Source of the DNA: Heteronotia binoei
Lineage: Eukaryota
Assembly: GCF_032191835.1 (NCBI RefSeq)
Contig: NC_083242.1
Location: 38,688,001-38,752,000, forward strand
Length of the DNA: 64,000 nt
Reading direction: 5' to 3'
A program made the translations under genes and the position numbers. This document shows positions 1 to 12,302 of the stretch, piece after piece; within the stretch, counting starts at the first letter, position 1, and each line of letters begins with the position of its first letter. The notes beneath the pieces are model-generated. The model had not been told where the DNA came from. It was given only the letters and a program-made list of their open reading frames with translations, and ran no database searches.

Positions 1-473
1 TTGTTTGCAGAGCACCCTTAAGCGGTTCCCAAGGGACGTTGTGACCAAAGGCGAGCCTTTGTTTGCAGGGGCAGGAGAGGCTGAGCCAGGGCCCCTGAGG
101 TCATTGGGCTCCTCTTCTTGTACAGCAGGGGTGGCCACACTTGCTTAACATAAGAACCACGTAGAATAAATGTCAGATGTTTGAAAGCTGCAAGACAGGA
201 AGGCAGGCAGGCAGGCAAACAGAGGGGGGGAAGGAGAGGTGGAAAGAAAGCAACGTCAACTTTAAAGGCATGCTGAAAGCCACCAAAGTGAGTTAAAGAG
301 GTGGGGCTTTGAGAGCCACATAACATGTGTGCAAGAGTTCCATGTGGCTTCGGAGCCCCCGCAGTCTGGCCACCCCTGTTGTTCAGGCCCCCCCTCCATC
401 CCCACTGTGGCACAGGTGGCTTTTGTGCACCAAGGGGTATCGCTTGTTGGCTCTTTTCCCTTCCCTTTGGCAG

Positions 474-2554
474 GCTGGAGCGGGTGGGGCTGCACAGACG
501 GCACGAAGGCCCAGTCGGTCGGTGCCCAAACGCTGGCCACCCTCTTGCTGACGCTCAGCAACCTGATGTTCCTGCCTGCCATTGCCGTGGCCCTGTACAG
601 CTACCATTTGGTCGAGGCCTCCGTTTATCTCTTCACCATGTTCTTCTCCACGGTACGGCCATCTTCTGGTCCAGCTGGCCCTCTGCTGCGAGAGTCTCCC
701 TGACACAGGGCCTGTGCTGGGCTGGGGGAGGTGGGCAGGCTGCCAGGACTACATCCTGTCTGAACTTGGCAGCTCTTGACCGACTGGTGGGGAGCGGGCC
801 TCTGTCCTCTTCCGCCTGCCAGTGGCCTGGAGCTGGATCCATGCAGTTCCCTGTCCCAGGACGCCCTGCACCAGCCCTCCCCTCTCGCTTCTGGCCAGAG
901 GGCAGCCCCTGCAGGTCCCGGCCAGCTGAGGGGAGGGGTCCACTGGAAGCTGCCGACCAACTTCCCTCTTCTCCCTCGGCTGCAGTTCTACCACGCCTGC
1001 GACCAGCCTGGGGTGGCCGTCCTGTGCATCATGGATTACGACACGCTGCAGTTCTGCGACTTCTTGGGCTCTGTGGTCTCTATTTGGGTCACCATTCTGT
1101 GCATGGCCCAACTGAAGAAAATGCTGAAACACGTACGTTTGCGGACACTGCTTGGGGACTGGGGGGGGGGGGGAGGTCTGTCAGCCTGGCTGGCGGCTTC
1201 TTAAGCAAGGGAGGGGGGAGCCGAAAGAGCCAGGGGGAGGAGAAGGCCAAGCACTTGAGTTCCCCCCTTGAACCAGGCCTTCACCCTCTCTGGAACTTCT
1301 GGCTGCCAGATGATCTTAGGATCACCTGACTATTCTACACACAACGGCTTACAGTAATTTAATCACTGTGTCCAGATGAAAGTGCTGCAGGCTCTGCAGG
1401 CGGACAAGGAGATTTCCGGGGGGGGAGGGGGGTGTTGGCCAAGCTCAGATTCTTGCCCTGCTTTGGCAGTGGGGCTTCTGCGATGCCTCTGACTGTCCTG
1501 TGGCCCCTCTGTAGATCCTTGTTCTTCTCGGGACCCTCTTCATCGCCATGTCTCTGCAGCTGGACCGGAGGGGGGTTTGGAACATGATGGGACCCTGTCT
1601 CTTTGCCCTCGTCATCATGATGTCCGTTTGGGTAGGTGGCTGAGCCCTGCACTCCAGTCTCAGGGAGTGGAAACGTAAACATTGCACAGTTCTGCTGATG
1701 CAAGAAGATGAATAGTTGAGAGTTTCTCTACCTGAAGGAGTCTCAAAGCAGCTCACCCAGGCCTTCCTTCCCCTCCCCCTTGTGAGGCTTTTGGGGCTGA
1801 GAGTGGGGATAGGCCCAAGGTCACCCAGCTGGCTTCACATGCAGGAGAAGTAGGAGTGGGGAGTCAAGCCTGGCTCTCCAGATTAGAGCCCGCTGTTCCC
1901 CACCACTGCGCCACACCTGCTCTCAGGTCTGGCATAACACCTCCATGCCCAGGAATTGGTTGCACAAGAGGAAATGGTAGCTGGGAGGGAAGTATGCAAC
2001 CAGAGCTGTGTTCAGTCTGCTGGTGTTTCCACTTGCGCATTACTTACAGCGGCCTGCAGTTTTTCCTAGATCAGACTGCAGCGTAAGGAAGGTGCATTTT
2101 GGGTCGTTGGCTCATTCATAGTGAGACGGGCATTTGACTTGGCTTAAATTCTTAAAACTGTGCTACGTCGTATTTGTTTGTTCCTCGCTGAGACTCCCTG
2201 TGGCTTGTCCCGGGTCAGGCTCTCGATCTGGCCAGTGACCCCGAGTTCCTTCCCCAGGCCCACCGCGGTGTGAGGCGCCGTCACTGCTACCCCCCCTGCT
2301 GGAAGCGCTGGGCCTTCTTCCTCCTCCCTGGCATCTGCTTGGCCTTCATCGCCATCGCTGTCTATGCCTTCATGGAGACCAATGAGAATTATTACTACAC
2401 TCACAGCCTGTGGCACGTCCTAATGGCCGGCAGCGTGGCCTTCCTCCTTCCCCCCGGAGACAGGCCCAAGAGGCTGTGGGCGTGGTCACGCAAGCTCCTC
2501 TGTGGCTACCAGATCTGCAAGAACGACCGGGAAGAGCTCTATGCTGTGACGTGA
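474..2554 (+). CDS. PGAP6: Post-GPI attachment to proteins factor 6 (TMEM8A), last four coding exons; gene starts upstream of the window
   Basis: Exons 474-652, 986-1132, 1515-1631 and 2258-2554 have AG/GT ends and splice in frame. Translation [62 protein letters not shown] is the TMEM8/myomaker-family (CREST) C-terminal multipass region. Confidence 0.93.
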
Positions 2555-4049
2555 CTGACAGCCCTCCTGCTGCTGCTGCTGCGCTTGCTGGGCTCCTCTG
2601 GCGGATTGGGAGCAGCTGCCTTGGGCTCGAGAGAGGCAGCTGGCCTGGGGGCTTTGGGGGTGGGGAGCAGACTTTGTCAGGCCTCACAGAAGACTAGCGG
2701 GGGCTGCATAGACTTCCAGTTCAGCAGAAGGTCTGTTCCGCAGCTCCGTCCTAGGACAAAGCTAGCAGGGTTTCTGGACTCTCGGCGAGCCCCGCGCTCA
2801 CCAGCCCTCACAGCCACGTGGCTGAGGAATGTGTGGGAAAGTGCTATACAAGGAGCATCATGAAGGAGTGAGCAAATGGGGGGAGGGGAGGGCTCCTGAT
2901 GGCAGGGGGAAGGAGAGGCAGGCCAAGGGCTGCTGCAGGGGACTTGGCTCACGCAGCCTCCTTGGGAAGATGGGTGGGGTCTGGGGGGATGTGATAAGTG
3001 TGGTGTGTGTATGTTGGGAGGGGGTATGCCAGACCAGCCATGCTCGCACAAAGCGTGCGTTGCTCAGGGAAGCGTTTTGGGTGTTCAGTGCCACAGTGTC
3101 CGGAACAGCCCTGTCAGATTGGCTGCAATGACCCAGCTCTGCTCCCATGTGGGCGACTGACGGAGCTCTCCGTCCCTCTGGGTGTTTCTCTTCCATTCTT
3201 TGCACATAACTGTTGTTGGCAGCACTGAGAGCAATTCGGCGGCTCCCCCTCCTTGCAACGGTGGCTGTTGGGGATGCAGCCAGGCTGCTGCCTCTGGGAG
3301 GGGACCAGGGTTCAGCACAAGTCGCAGCAGCAGTCACAGGGCGTGCCGCTTCCACGTGCCTTTGGTGGCCTTCTCACACCCCGCCCCCCATGGGGCTTGT
3401 TGCAGGTCTGCTGACTCCACTCACCCAGCTTGTGGTCTGTTCTTGCTTTTGGTGACTGGAGAACTAGAGGGCTGGGCACTGTGAAGCTGGAGTTGGTTGC
3501 CCCCCCCCCCTTTCAAAAATGTCTTTGGCACATAGAAAGTCCAGAAGTGGTAAAGTCTTCATGGAGCAATAAGAGTTGATGAATTTGAATGGCTTCCCCA
3601 GCCGTTCTCTTTGAATTTTGCTGCTGATCTCATTTTGTTCTTAATTTCAATCACTACAGGAATGAAAGGGAATGTAACATGCAATGGGAAATGGGGTTGT
3701 ACTGTTGATTTACCTCAGGCAGAATTTCAATTCCTGTGGTTCTTTTCACTGGCTGTTTGAATTGTTGAGTGTGTTCTGTCACCTCTCGGCACAGGCAACC
3801 AAATAAAAATGAAGGAAGAGAAAGTGGGGAAGGCTCTGCTGTCGTTGCTCTGAGGGTGCGGGGGCCGGCAGCGCTGACCCAGGGATAGAAGTGGCTTCTC
3901 AGCTAGTGTTCCCAAGGGAGCCACCAAGTCCTGAGTGGGGACAGTGGCAGCCTCTGCCCTCTCGTGGCCTTTGGCCCTCTCACAGTTGGTTGGAGGAGGA
4001 CCCAGATCTGCTCACCTTGAAACCAGCAGCTGCGAGGCAAAGGAGACCC

Positions 4050-4648
4050 CGAGGGGGAAGGGAAGGAGGCCAGCCAGGAAGTTGGTAGAAAGCATTATCA
4101 AGGACAGGATGAGGAGGCACACTGATGGACACAGGTTATTGAGGAAGACTCAGCATGGGTTCTGTAAGGGAAGATCTTGCCTCACTAACCTATTTCAGTT
4201 CTTTGAGGGGGTGAACAAACGTGGACAAAGGGGACCCAATAGATGTTACCTTGACTTCCAGAAAGCTTTTGATAAAGTTCCTCATCAAAGGCTCCTTAGT
4301 AAGCTCGAGAGTCATGGAGTAAAAGGACAGGTCCTCTTCTGGATCAAAAGCTGGCTAATTAATAGGAAGCAGAGAGTGAGTGTAAATGGGCAATCTTTAC
4401 AGTGGAGGATGGTAAGCAGTGGGGTGCCGCAGGGATCAGTACTGGGTCCCATTCTCTTTAACTTGTTCATTAATGATTTGGAGCTGGGAGTAAGCAGTGA
4501 AGTGGCCAAGTTTGCAGATGACACTACATTGTTCAGGGTGGTGAGAACCAGAGAGGATTGTGAGGCACTCCAAAGGGATCCGTTGAGGCTGGGTGAGTGG
4601 GTGTCAGCGTGGCAGATGAGGTTCAATGTGGCCATGTGCAAAGTAATA
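4050..4648 (+). mobile_element. CR1 LINE ORF2 (reverse transcriptase) fragment, 5' part of an interrupted copy
   Basis: Translates QHGFCKGRSCLTNL..YLDFQKAFDKVPH..SGVPQGSVLGP..KFADDT, near-identical to the CR1 copy at about 10.1-12.0 kb. Confidence 0.9.
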
Positions 4649-6940
4649 TAATAATAATAATTTTTAATTTCTATCCCGCCCTCCCCGCCGAGGCAGGCTC
4701 AGGGCGGCTCACAACATAAAATACACTGTACATCAAATTATACTTATAAAATCATGGTTAAAACAAATTACAGATTATTAAAATTAACATTAACAATGTG
4801 GCATTATAAACATTAGATCTTCAGTGGAATTCAGTACTAAAAGCATTTTCAGCAGCATTTCCTAGCTTATCATTAGTTGAAGGCTATCTTGAAAAGGTGG
4901 GTCTTACAGGCCCTACGGAATTGATCTAAGCATCGTAGGGCCCGCACCTCCTCAGGGAGTTGATTCCACAGCAGTGGAGCTGCGACAGAGAAGGCCCGAT
5001 CCCGGGTGGCCTTCAATCTGGCCTCCCTTGGCCCAGGGACATTCAGCTGGTTTTTTCCAGCTGACCTCAGCGCTCTCTGGGGCTCATATGGGGAGAGACG
5101 GTCCCTCAGGTAGGTAGGTCCCCTGCCATATAGGGCTTTAAAGGTGATAACCAGCACTTTGTAGCGAACTCGGTATGCCACTGGCAGCCAGTGCAGTCCG
5201 CATAGCCCCGGCTGTATGTGCTCCCACCTTGGGAGCCCCAACAACAGCCTAGCCGCCGCGTTCTGCACCAGCTGCAGCCGCCGAGTTCGGCACAAGGGCA
5301 GCCCCATGTAGAGGGCGTTGCAGTAGTCCAGTCTCGAGGTGACCGTAGCATGGATCACCATTGCTAGGTCACGGCGCTCCAGGAAGGGGGCCAACTGCTT
5401 CGCCCGTCGAAGGTGAAAGAACGCGGACTTGGCAGCGGCCGCTATCTGTGCCTCCATTGATAGTGAAGGCTCCAGAAGGACCCCCAAGCTCTTGACCTTA
5501 TGGGCTGCTTTCAGCAGCACACCGTCAAAGACCGGCAAGGGGATTTCCCTTCCCAGAGCACCGCGACCCAAGCAAAGGACCTCTGTCTTCGTTGGATTCA
5601 ACTTCAGCCCGCTCAGTCTGAGCCAACCTGCCACGGCTTGCAGTGCTAGGTCCAGGTTTTCTGGGACGGAGTCAGGTCGGCCGTCCATTAGTAGATAGAG
5701 CTGGGTGTCATCAGCATATTGATGGCACCCGAGCCCGAACCTCCGAGCAATCTGGGCAAGGGGGCGCATATAGATGTTAAACAGCATCGGGGAGAGAACT
5801 GCCCCTTGTGGCACCCCGCACACTAGTGGATGCCTCCGGGACCGCTCTCCCCCAATAGCCACCCTTTGTCCCCGTCCATCAAGGAAGGAGGAAAGCCACT
5901 GTAAGGCCAACCCCCTGATCCCTGCGTCGGTGAGCCGGCGGGCCAGTAGCTGATGATCGACCGTGTCAAATGCGGCCGACAGGTCCAACAGCATCAGCAC
6001 CGCCACGCCGCCTCGATCCAGATGCCGCTGGAGGTCATCTACCAAGGCGACCAGCACTGTCTCCGTCCCATGACTTGGACGAAAGCCGGACTGGTGGAAG
6101 TCTAAGGCGGAAGTGTCATCCAAAAAACTCTGCAACTGTGACGCCACTGCCCTCTCTATAACCTTACCTAAGAATGGTAGGTTCGAGACCGGTCGGTAGT
6201 TCGCCAATTCGGCCGGATCTGCTGTACTCTTTTTTAGGAGAGGGCGGACCGTGGCCTCTTTCAAAGATGTTGGGAATTGCCCTTCCAAGAGGGATCTATT
6301 TATGATATCCCGTACAGGATATCTAAGCTCCCTCTGGCAAGATTTAATTAGCCAGGAGGGGCATGGGTCAAGGTCGCAAGTTGTAGGGCATACAGTTGAG
6401 AGGATTTCGTCGACTTCCCCAAGACTAAGCACGTCGAAGTGATCCAAGATAATATCAGAAGACAGGCACAGAGCCCCAGGTTCTTGTACTGCATCCAATG
6501 TGGCAGGAAAGTCCTGGCAGAGTGATGAGATTTTATCTGCAAAAAATTTCGCAAAAGCCTCACAGCCTATTTCCAATTCTCTCATATTTGGTCTGCCTTG
6601 GGGCAGAGTGGTCAAATTCTCAATTATCTTAAATAATTGTACCGGGCGCGAATTTGCAGATGCAATCCTAGCCGCAAAGTAATCCTTCTTTGCGGCTTTG
6701 ACTGCCATCTCATAAGACTTCATAAACGTTCTATAGGATGTTCTCGTCGCTTCGTCACGAGTATGCCGCCACCGCCTCTCTAGTCGTCTGAGTCCCTGTT
6801 TCAGTTGGCGTAGCTCCGAGGTGTACCAAGGAGCCAGCCTACTTCGGGGGCGCAGAGGACGCCGGGGTGCAATCTCGTTGATGGCCCTGGATAGCCTGTC
6901 ATGCCAGGTATTTACCAGGTCATCAAGGGAATTTCTCCCT
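4649..6940 (-). mobile_element. L2-clade LINE, 5'-truncated, with an uninterrupted RT ORF (4873-6954 in the track)
   Basis: ORF carries NYRPVSNLPFLGKVIE, QSGFRPSHGTET, LDLSAAFDTVDH, GVPQGAVLSP and QYADDTQLY. The short (TTA)n-like 3' tail is at 4649-4665. No endonuclease domain is present. Confidence 0.9.
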
Positions 6941-7184
6941 TTCTCACAATACAAGAACTCGTGGGCATTCGATTAAATTGCTGAGCAGTCTGGTTAAAAT
7001 GGATAAAAGGAAGTACTTCTTCACCCAAAGGGTGATTAACATGTGGAATTCATTGCCACAGGAGGTGGTGGCGGCTACAAGCATAGCCAGCTTCAAGAGG
7101 GGATTGGACAAAAATATGGAACAGAGGTCCATCAGTAGCTATTGGCCACAGTATGTGTGTCTGTGTGTGTGTGTATATATATAC

Positions 7185-7215
<31 letters not shown>

Positions 7216-7310
7216 TTTTTTGGCCACTATGTGACACAGAGTGTTGGACTGGATGGGCCATTGGCCTGATCCAACATGGCTTCTCTTATGTTCTTATGTG
7301 TCACAGAGTG
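6934..7310 (+). mobile_element. CR1 LINE 3' end (continuation of the 4050 copy) with an embedded microsatellite and TTCTTATG tail
   Basis: Translates SHNTRTRGH..KRKYFFTQRVINMWNSLP; (GT)n/(TA)n/(TATG)n at about 7155-7216; ends in ggcttctcttatgttcttatg. Confidence 0.85.
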
Positions 7311-7320
7311 TTGGACTGGA

Positions 7321-8371
7321 TTTTTATTTATTTATTTGGGATTTGTATCCCGCCCTTCCCACAAGTGGCTCAGGGCGGCTTCCAACAACTAGTCAACATA
7401 AATTTAACAATTTTAAATATAAAACAATTAAATAATTAACATTTAAACATTAAAACCAGTAACATTTCACTCCATAAAACAATACAGCTTAAAACCAATA
7501 ACATGTCATTATATATAAACAGATGGCTGGCCAGTTACGTCAAGTTTTATCCCAGCTAGGTGTAGGCTAGCCGGAAGAGGGTCGTCTTACAGGCCCTGCG
7601 GAATTGAGCCAAGTCCTGCAGGGCCCTCACCTCTTCCGGCAGCTGATTCCACCAAGTGGGGGCCATAACGGAGAAAGCCCTTTCTCGGGTGACTTTCAAG
7701 CGGGCTTCTTTTGGCCCGGGGATAGAGAGGAGATTTTGTGTTCCTGACCTCAGTGCTCTCTGGGGAACATGTGGGGAGAGACGGTCCTTCAGGTAGGCAG
7801 GTCCCAGGCCATATAGGGCTTTAAAGGTAATAACCAGCACCTTGTACCGGACTCGGTACATCACTGGAAGCCAGTGCAGGGTCCGAAGACCCGGCCGAAT
7901 GTGTCCCCACTTTGGGAGACCCAATAGCAGCTGGGCCGCGGCATTCTGCACCAGCTGCAGTTTCCGAGTCCGGGACAGGGGCAGCCCCATGTAGAGGGCA
8001 TTGCAGTAGTCCAACCTCGAGGTGACCGTAGCATGGATCACTGTTGCTAGGTCGTCACGCTCCAGGAAGGGGGCCAGCTGCCTTGCCCGCCTAAGATGAA
8101 AAAATGCGGACTTGGCAGCGGCTGCTATCTGAGCCTCCATCTTTAAGGAAGGCTCCAACAGCACCCCCAAGCTCCTGACTCTGTCCGCCGCCATCAGCGG
8201 CGCACCGTCAAAAGCTGGCAGGGGGATCCCCCCTCCCGGGCCGCGGCGACCCAAGCAAAGGACCTCTGTCTTCGTTGGATTTAGCTTCAGCCCACTCAGT
8301 CTGAGCCACTCAGCCACGGCCCGTAATGCCCGGTCAAGATTTTCCAGGGCGCAGACCGGCTGGCCGTCCAT
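7321..8371 (-). mobile_element. Second L2-clade LINE fragment (RT C-terminus and 3' UTR), related subfamily
   Basis: The 271-aa ORF 7556-8371 closely parallels the C-terminus of the 4873-6954 ORF (KLNPTKTEVL..SRLDYCNALY..HWLPV). Tail (TTTA)n at about 7321-7337. Confidence 0.88.
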
Positions 8372-8376
8372 TAGTA

Positions 8377-8958
8377 GGATGGGCCACTGGCCTGATCCAA
8401 CAGGGCTTCTCTTATGTTCTTATGTGACACAGAGTGTTGGACTGGATGGGCCATTGGCCTGATCCAACAGGGCTTCTCTTATGTTCTTATGTGACACAGA
8501 GTGTTGGACTGAGGGGCCATTGGCCTGATTCAACATGGCTTCTCTTATGTTCTTAAGTGACACAGAGTGTTGGACTGGATGGGCCACTGGCCTGATCCAA
8601 CATGGCTTCTCTTATGTTCTTATGTGTCACAGAGTGTTGGACTGGATGGGCCATTGGCCTGATCCAACAGGGCTTCTCTTATGTTCTTATGTGACACAGA
8701 GTGTTGGACTGAGGGGCCATTGGCCTGATCCAACATGGCTTCTCTTATGTTCTTAAGTGACACAGAGTGTTGGACTGGATGGGCCACTGGCCTGATCCAG
8801 CAGGGCTTCTCTTATGTTCTTCTGTGACACAGAGTGTTGGACTGGATGGGCTATTGGCCTGATCCAACATGGCTTCTCTTATGTTCTTCTGTGACACAGA
8901 GTGTTGGACTGGATGGGCTATTGGCCTGATCCAACATGGCTTCTCTTATGTTCTTATG
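8377..8958 (+). repeat. Tandem array of about 9 x 67-bp units derived from the CR1 3' terminus
   Basis: Unit gtgacacagagtgttggactggatgggccattggcctgatccaacagggcttctcttatgttcttat, directly visible. Confidence 0.92.
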
Positions 8959-9600
8959 TAGACAAGCTGGAAGGGGTCCAGAGGAGGGCAACGAAGATGG
9001 TGAGGGGTCTGGAGACCAAGTCCTGTGAAGAAAGGTTGAAGGAGCTGGGTACGTTTAGCCTGGAGAGAAAGTTGCTGAGAGGTGGTAGCATCACCAAGTA
9101 CTTGAAGGGCTGCCATGTATAGGATGGTCCAGAGTTGTTTTCTATGGCTCCGGAAGGTAGGACCTTCTGGTTTGAAATTAAATCAAAAGAGTTTCCGGCT
9201 CAACATTAGGAAGAAGTTCCTGACCGTTAGAGCAGTTCCTCAGTGGAACAGGCTTCCTCCTTGGGAGGTGGTGGGCTCTCTTTCCTTGGAGGTTTTTAAG
9301 CAGAGGCTTGATGGCCATCTGACAGCAATGCTGATTCTGTGAATTAGGCAGATCATGGGAAGGAGGGCAGGAAGGGCTGCATCAGGGCTTAGTTCTTGTG
9401 GTCCTTTCTTACACACTCAGGAAAATGCTGATGGCTATTCTGGGGTCACGCAGCAATTTTCCTCCAGGCCAGTTTGGCCAGGGATCCTGGAAGGGTTGTT
9501 TTGCCATCTTCCTGTGCATGGAGCAGTGAATTTCCTGCATTGTGCCGGGGTTGTGGGGAGGGGGGGAGGTTTTGGACTAGATTGGGGGTCCCCAACCCCC
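8959..9600 (+). mobile_element. CR1 LINE 3' fragment of a second subfamily
   Basis: Translates [38 protein letters not shown], followed by 3' UTR. Confidence 0.8.
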
Positions 9601-9681
9601 CGTCTGTGGCCCAGTACCGGTCTGTGGTCTGTTAGCAACCAGGCTGTGAGTTGTATAATTATTTCATTATATATTACAATG

Positions 9682-9965
9682 TAGTAATAATAATAATAAT
9701 AATAATAATACATTGGATTTATATCCTACTTTCCACTCAATCTCAGAGTGGCTCACCATCTCCTTTATCTTCCTCCCCCACAGCAGAACCCCTTTGAGGT
9801 GGGCGGGGCTTAGAGAGCTCTCCCAGAAGCTGCCCTTTCAAGAACAACCTCTGCGAGAGCTATGGCTAACCCAAGGCCATTCCAGTAGGTGCATGTGGCG
9901 GAGTGGGATATCAAACCTGGTTCTCTCAAATAAAAGTCCACACACTTAACTGCCACACCACACTG
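9682..9965 (-). mobile_element. tRNA-derived SINE with L2-like 3' tail, next to a (TAA)n microsatellite
   Basis: Reverse strand reads gtgtggcagttaagtgtgtggactttt..ggtttgatatcccactcc (A-box and B-box-like). It matches the copy at 22135-22385. Confidence 0.7.
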
Positions 9966-10082
9966 GCTCTCCAGAACATTACTGTTCTGAGTAATAGAGT
10001 CCGCACAGGGAAGGGGCCCGGGGGGCAGAGGGGCTTCCCTGGCCACTGGGTGAGCAGGGCAAGGCTTGTGAACTCCGGGTTT

Positions 10083-12015
10083 ACATAACACAAGAGAAGC
10101 CATGTTGGATCAGGCCAATGGCCCATCCAGTCCAACACTCTGTGTCACACAGTGGCCAAAAAAAGGAGGTTCACAAATGGGGCTAGAAGCCCTTCTACTT
10201 TGCTCCCCCAAAACACCAAAAATAGAGCATCACTGCCCCAGACAGTTCCAATAATATGCTGTGGCTAATAGCCACTGATGGACTTCTGCTCCATATTTTT
10301 ATCCAAATCCCTCTTGATGCTGGCTATGCTAGTAGCTGCCACCACCTCCTGTGGCAGTGAATTCCACATGTTTATCACCCTTTGGGTGAAGAGGTACTTC
10401 CTTTTATTCGTTCTAACCCTACTGCTCAGCAATTTCATTGAATGCCCACGAGTTCTTGTATTGTGAGAAAGGGAGAAAAGTACTTCTTTCTCTTTCTCCA
10501 TCCCATGCACAATCTTGTAAACCTCTATCATGTCACCCTGCAGTCGACATTTCTCCAAGCTAAAGAGCCCCAAGCGATTTAACCTTTCTTCATAGGGAAA
10601 GGGTTCCAAACCTTTAATCATTCTAGCTGCCCTTTTCTGCACTTTTTCCAAGGCTATAATATCCTTTTTTGAGCTGTGGTGACCAGAATTGTACATAGTA
10701 TTCCAAATGAGACCGCACCATCGATTTATACAGGGGCATTATGATACTGGCTGATTTGTTTTCAATTCCCTTCCTAATAATTCCCAGCATGGCGTTGGCC
10801 TTTTTTATTGCAATCGCACACTGTCTTGACATTTTCAGTGAGTTACCTACCACGACCCCAAGATCTCTCTCTTGGTCAGTCTCTGCTAGTTCACAACTCA
10901 TCAACTTGTATTTGTAGCTGTGATTCTTGGCCCCAATGTGCATTACTTCGCACTTGGCCATACTGAACCTCATCTGCCACGTTGATGCCCACTCACCCAG
11001 CCTCAACGGATCCCTTTGGAGTGCCTCACAATCCTCTGTTTCTTACCACCCTGAACAATTTAGTGTCATCTGCAAACTTAGCCACTTCACTGCTTATTCT
11101 CAACTCCAAATCATTTATGAACAAATTAAAGAGTATGGGACCCAGTACTGAGCTCTGTGGCACCCCACTGCTTACCGTCTTCCACTGTGAAGATTGCCCA
11201 TTTATACTCACTGTTTCTTATTAATTAGCCAGTTTTTGATCCACAAGAGGACCTGTCCTTTTACTCCATGACTCTCGAGCTTACTAAGGAGCCTTTGATG
11301 AGGAACTTTATCAAAAGCTTTCTGGAAGTCAAGGTAAACAACATCTATTGGGTTCCCTTTTTCCACATGCTTGTTCACCCCCTCAAAGAAATGTAACAGG
11401 TTAGTGAGGCAAGATCTTCCCCTACAGAACCCATGCTGAGTCTTCCTCAATAACTTGTGTTCATCAATGTGCCTACTCATTCTGTCCTTGATAATGGTTT
11501 CTACCAACTTTCCCAGTATTGAAGTCAGACTGACTGGCCTGTAGTTTCCCGGATCTCCTTTCGAACCCTTTTTAAAGATGGGGGTGACATTTGCTACCTT
11601 CCAGTCTTCAGGAACGGAGGCAGATTTCAATGAAAGATTACATATTTTTGTCAGAAGATCCACAAGTTCAACTTTGAGTTCTTTCAGAACTCTTGGATGT
11701 ATGCCATCCGGACCTGGTGACTTAGTTTTTAATTCGTCCATCAGTTGTAGGACCTCCTCTCTCGTCACCTCAATCTGACTCAGGTCTTTCAACACCCCTT
11801 CCAACATTAGTGGTTCTGGAGTGGGCAAACACTTCTCATCTTCCACAGTGAAGACGGAGGCAAAAATGCATTCAGCTTCTCAGCCATTTCCCTATCCTCC
11901 TTCAGTAATCCTTTGACCCCATGGTCATCCAAGGGCCCCACTGCCTCCCTGGCTGGCTTCCTGCTTCTAATGTATTTGAAGCATTTTTTACTGTTGGTCT
12001 TTTTGTTTTTTGCCC
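10083..12015 (-). mobile_element. CR1 LINE, about 1.9 kb, 5'-truncated and frameshifted ORF2
   Basis: Overlapping minus-strand ORFs 11208-11846, 11026-11211, 10623-11006 and 10265-10696 give KSPGPDGIHPRVLKE..NYRPVSLTS..FADDT..FTQRVINMWNSLP. The 3' tail is at about 10083. Confidence 0.92.
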
Positions 12016-12221
12016 TATGCTCCTCGTGGCCCCTTTCTGCCTGCCTGATGACAGGGCCTGGAAGCGCCTGGACTGGGGGGGGGGGGGGGGGGCTGGCTGG
12101 CCGTCGGAAGAGCGGCTGGAAGGAGGGTTGCCACCTCCAGGCTCTGCACGACCTTGAGCTTTGGAGGCGGGGCGGCCGGACCGCCTGCCTTTCTCCTGGG
12201 CCGCTCTAGGCGCGCGTGTGG

Positions 12222-12290
12222 CGCCCTTCCGGTGACGCCGCGGAGGCGGGGCTCTGGCCGGAAGAGGGCCCCGGGCTTCCGGTTCCGGCG
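12222..12290 (+). promoter_or_regulatory. CpG-rich MRPL28 promoter with clustered ETS/GABP-type CCGGAA(G) motifs
   Basis: cccttccggtgacg, gccggaagag and cttccggttccgg lie within about 80 bp upstream of the ATG. Motif presence only. Confidence 0.5.
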
Positions 12291-12302
12291 GCGAGGGGAG
12301 CG

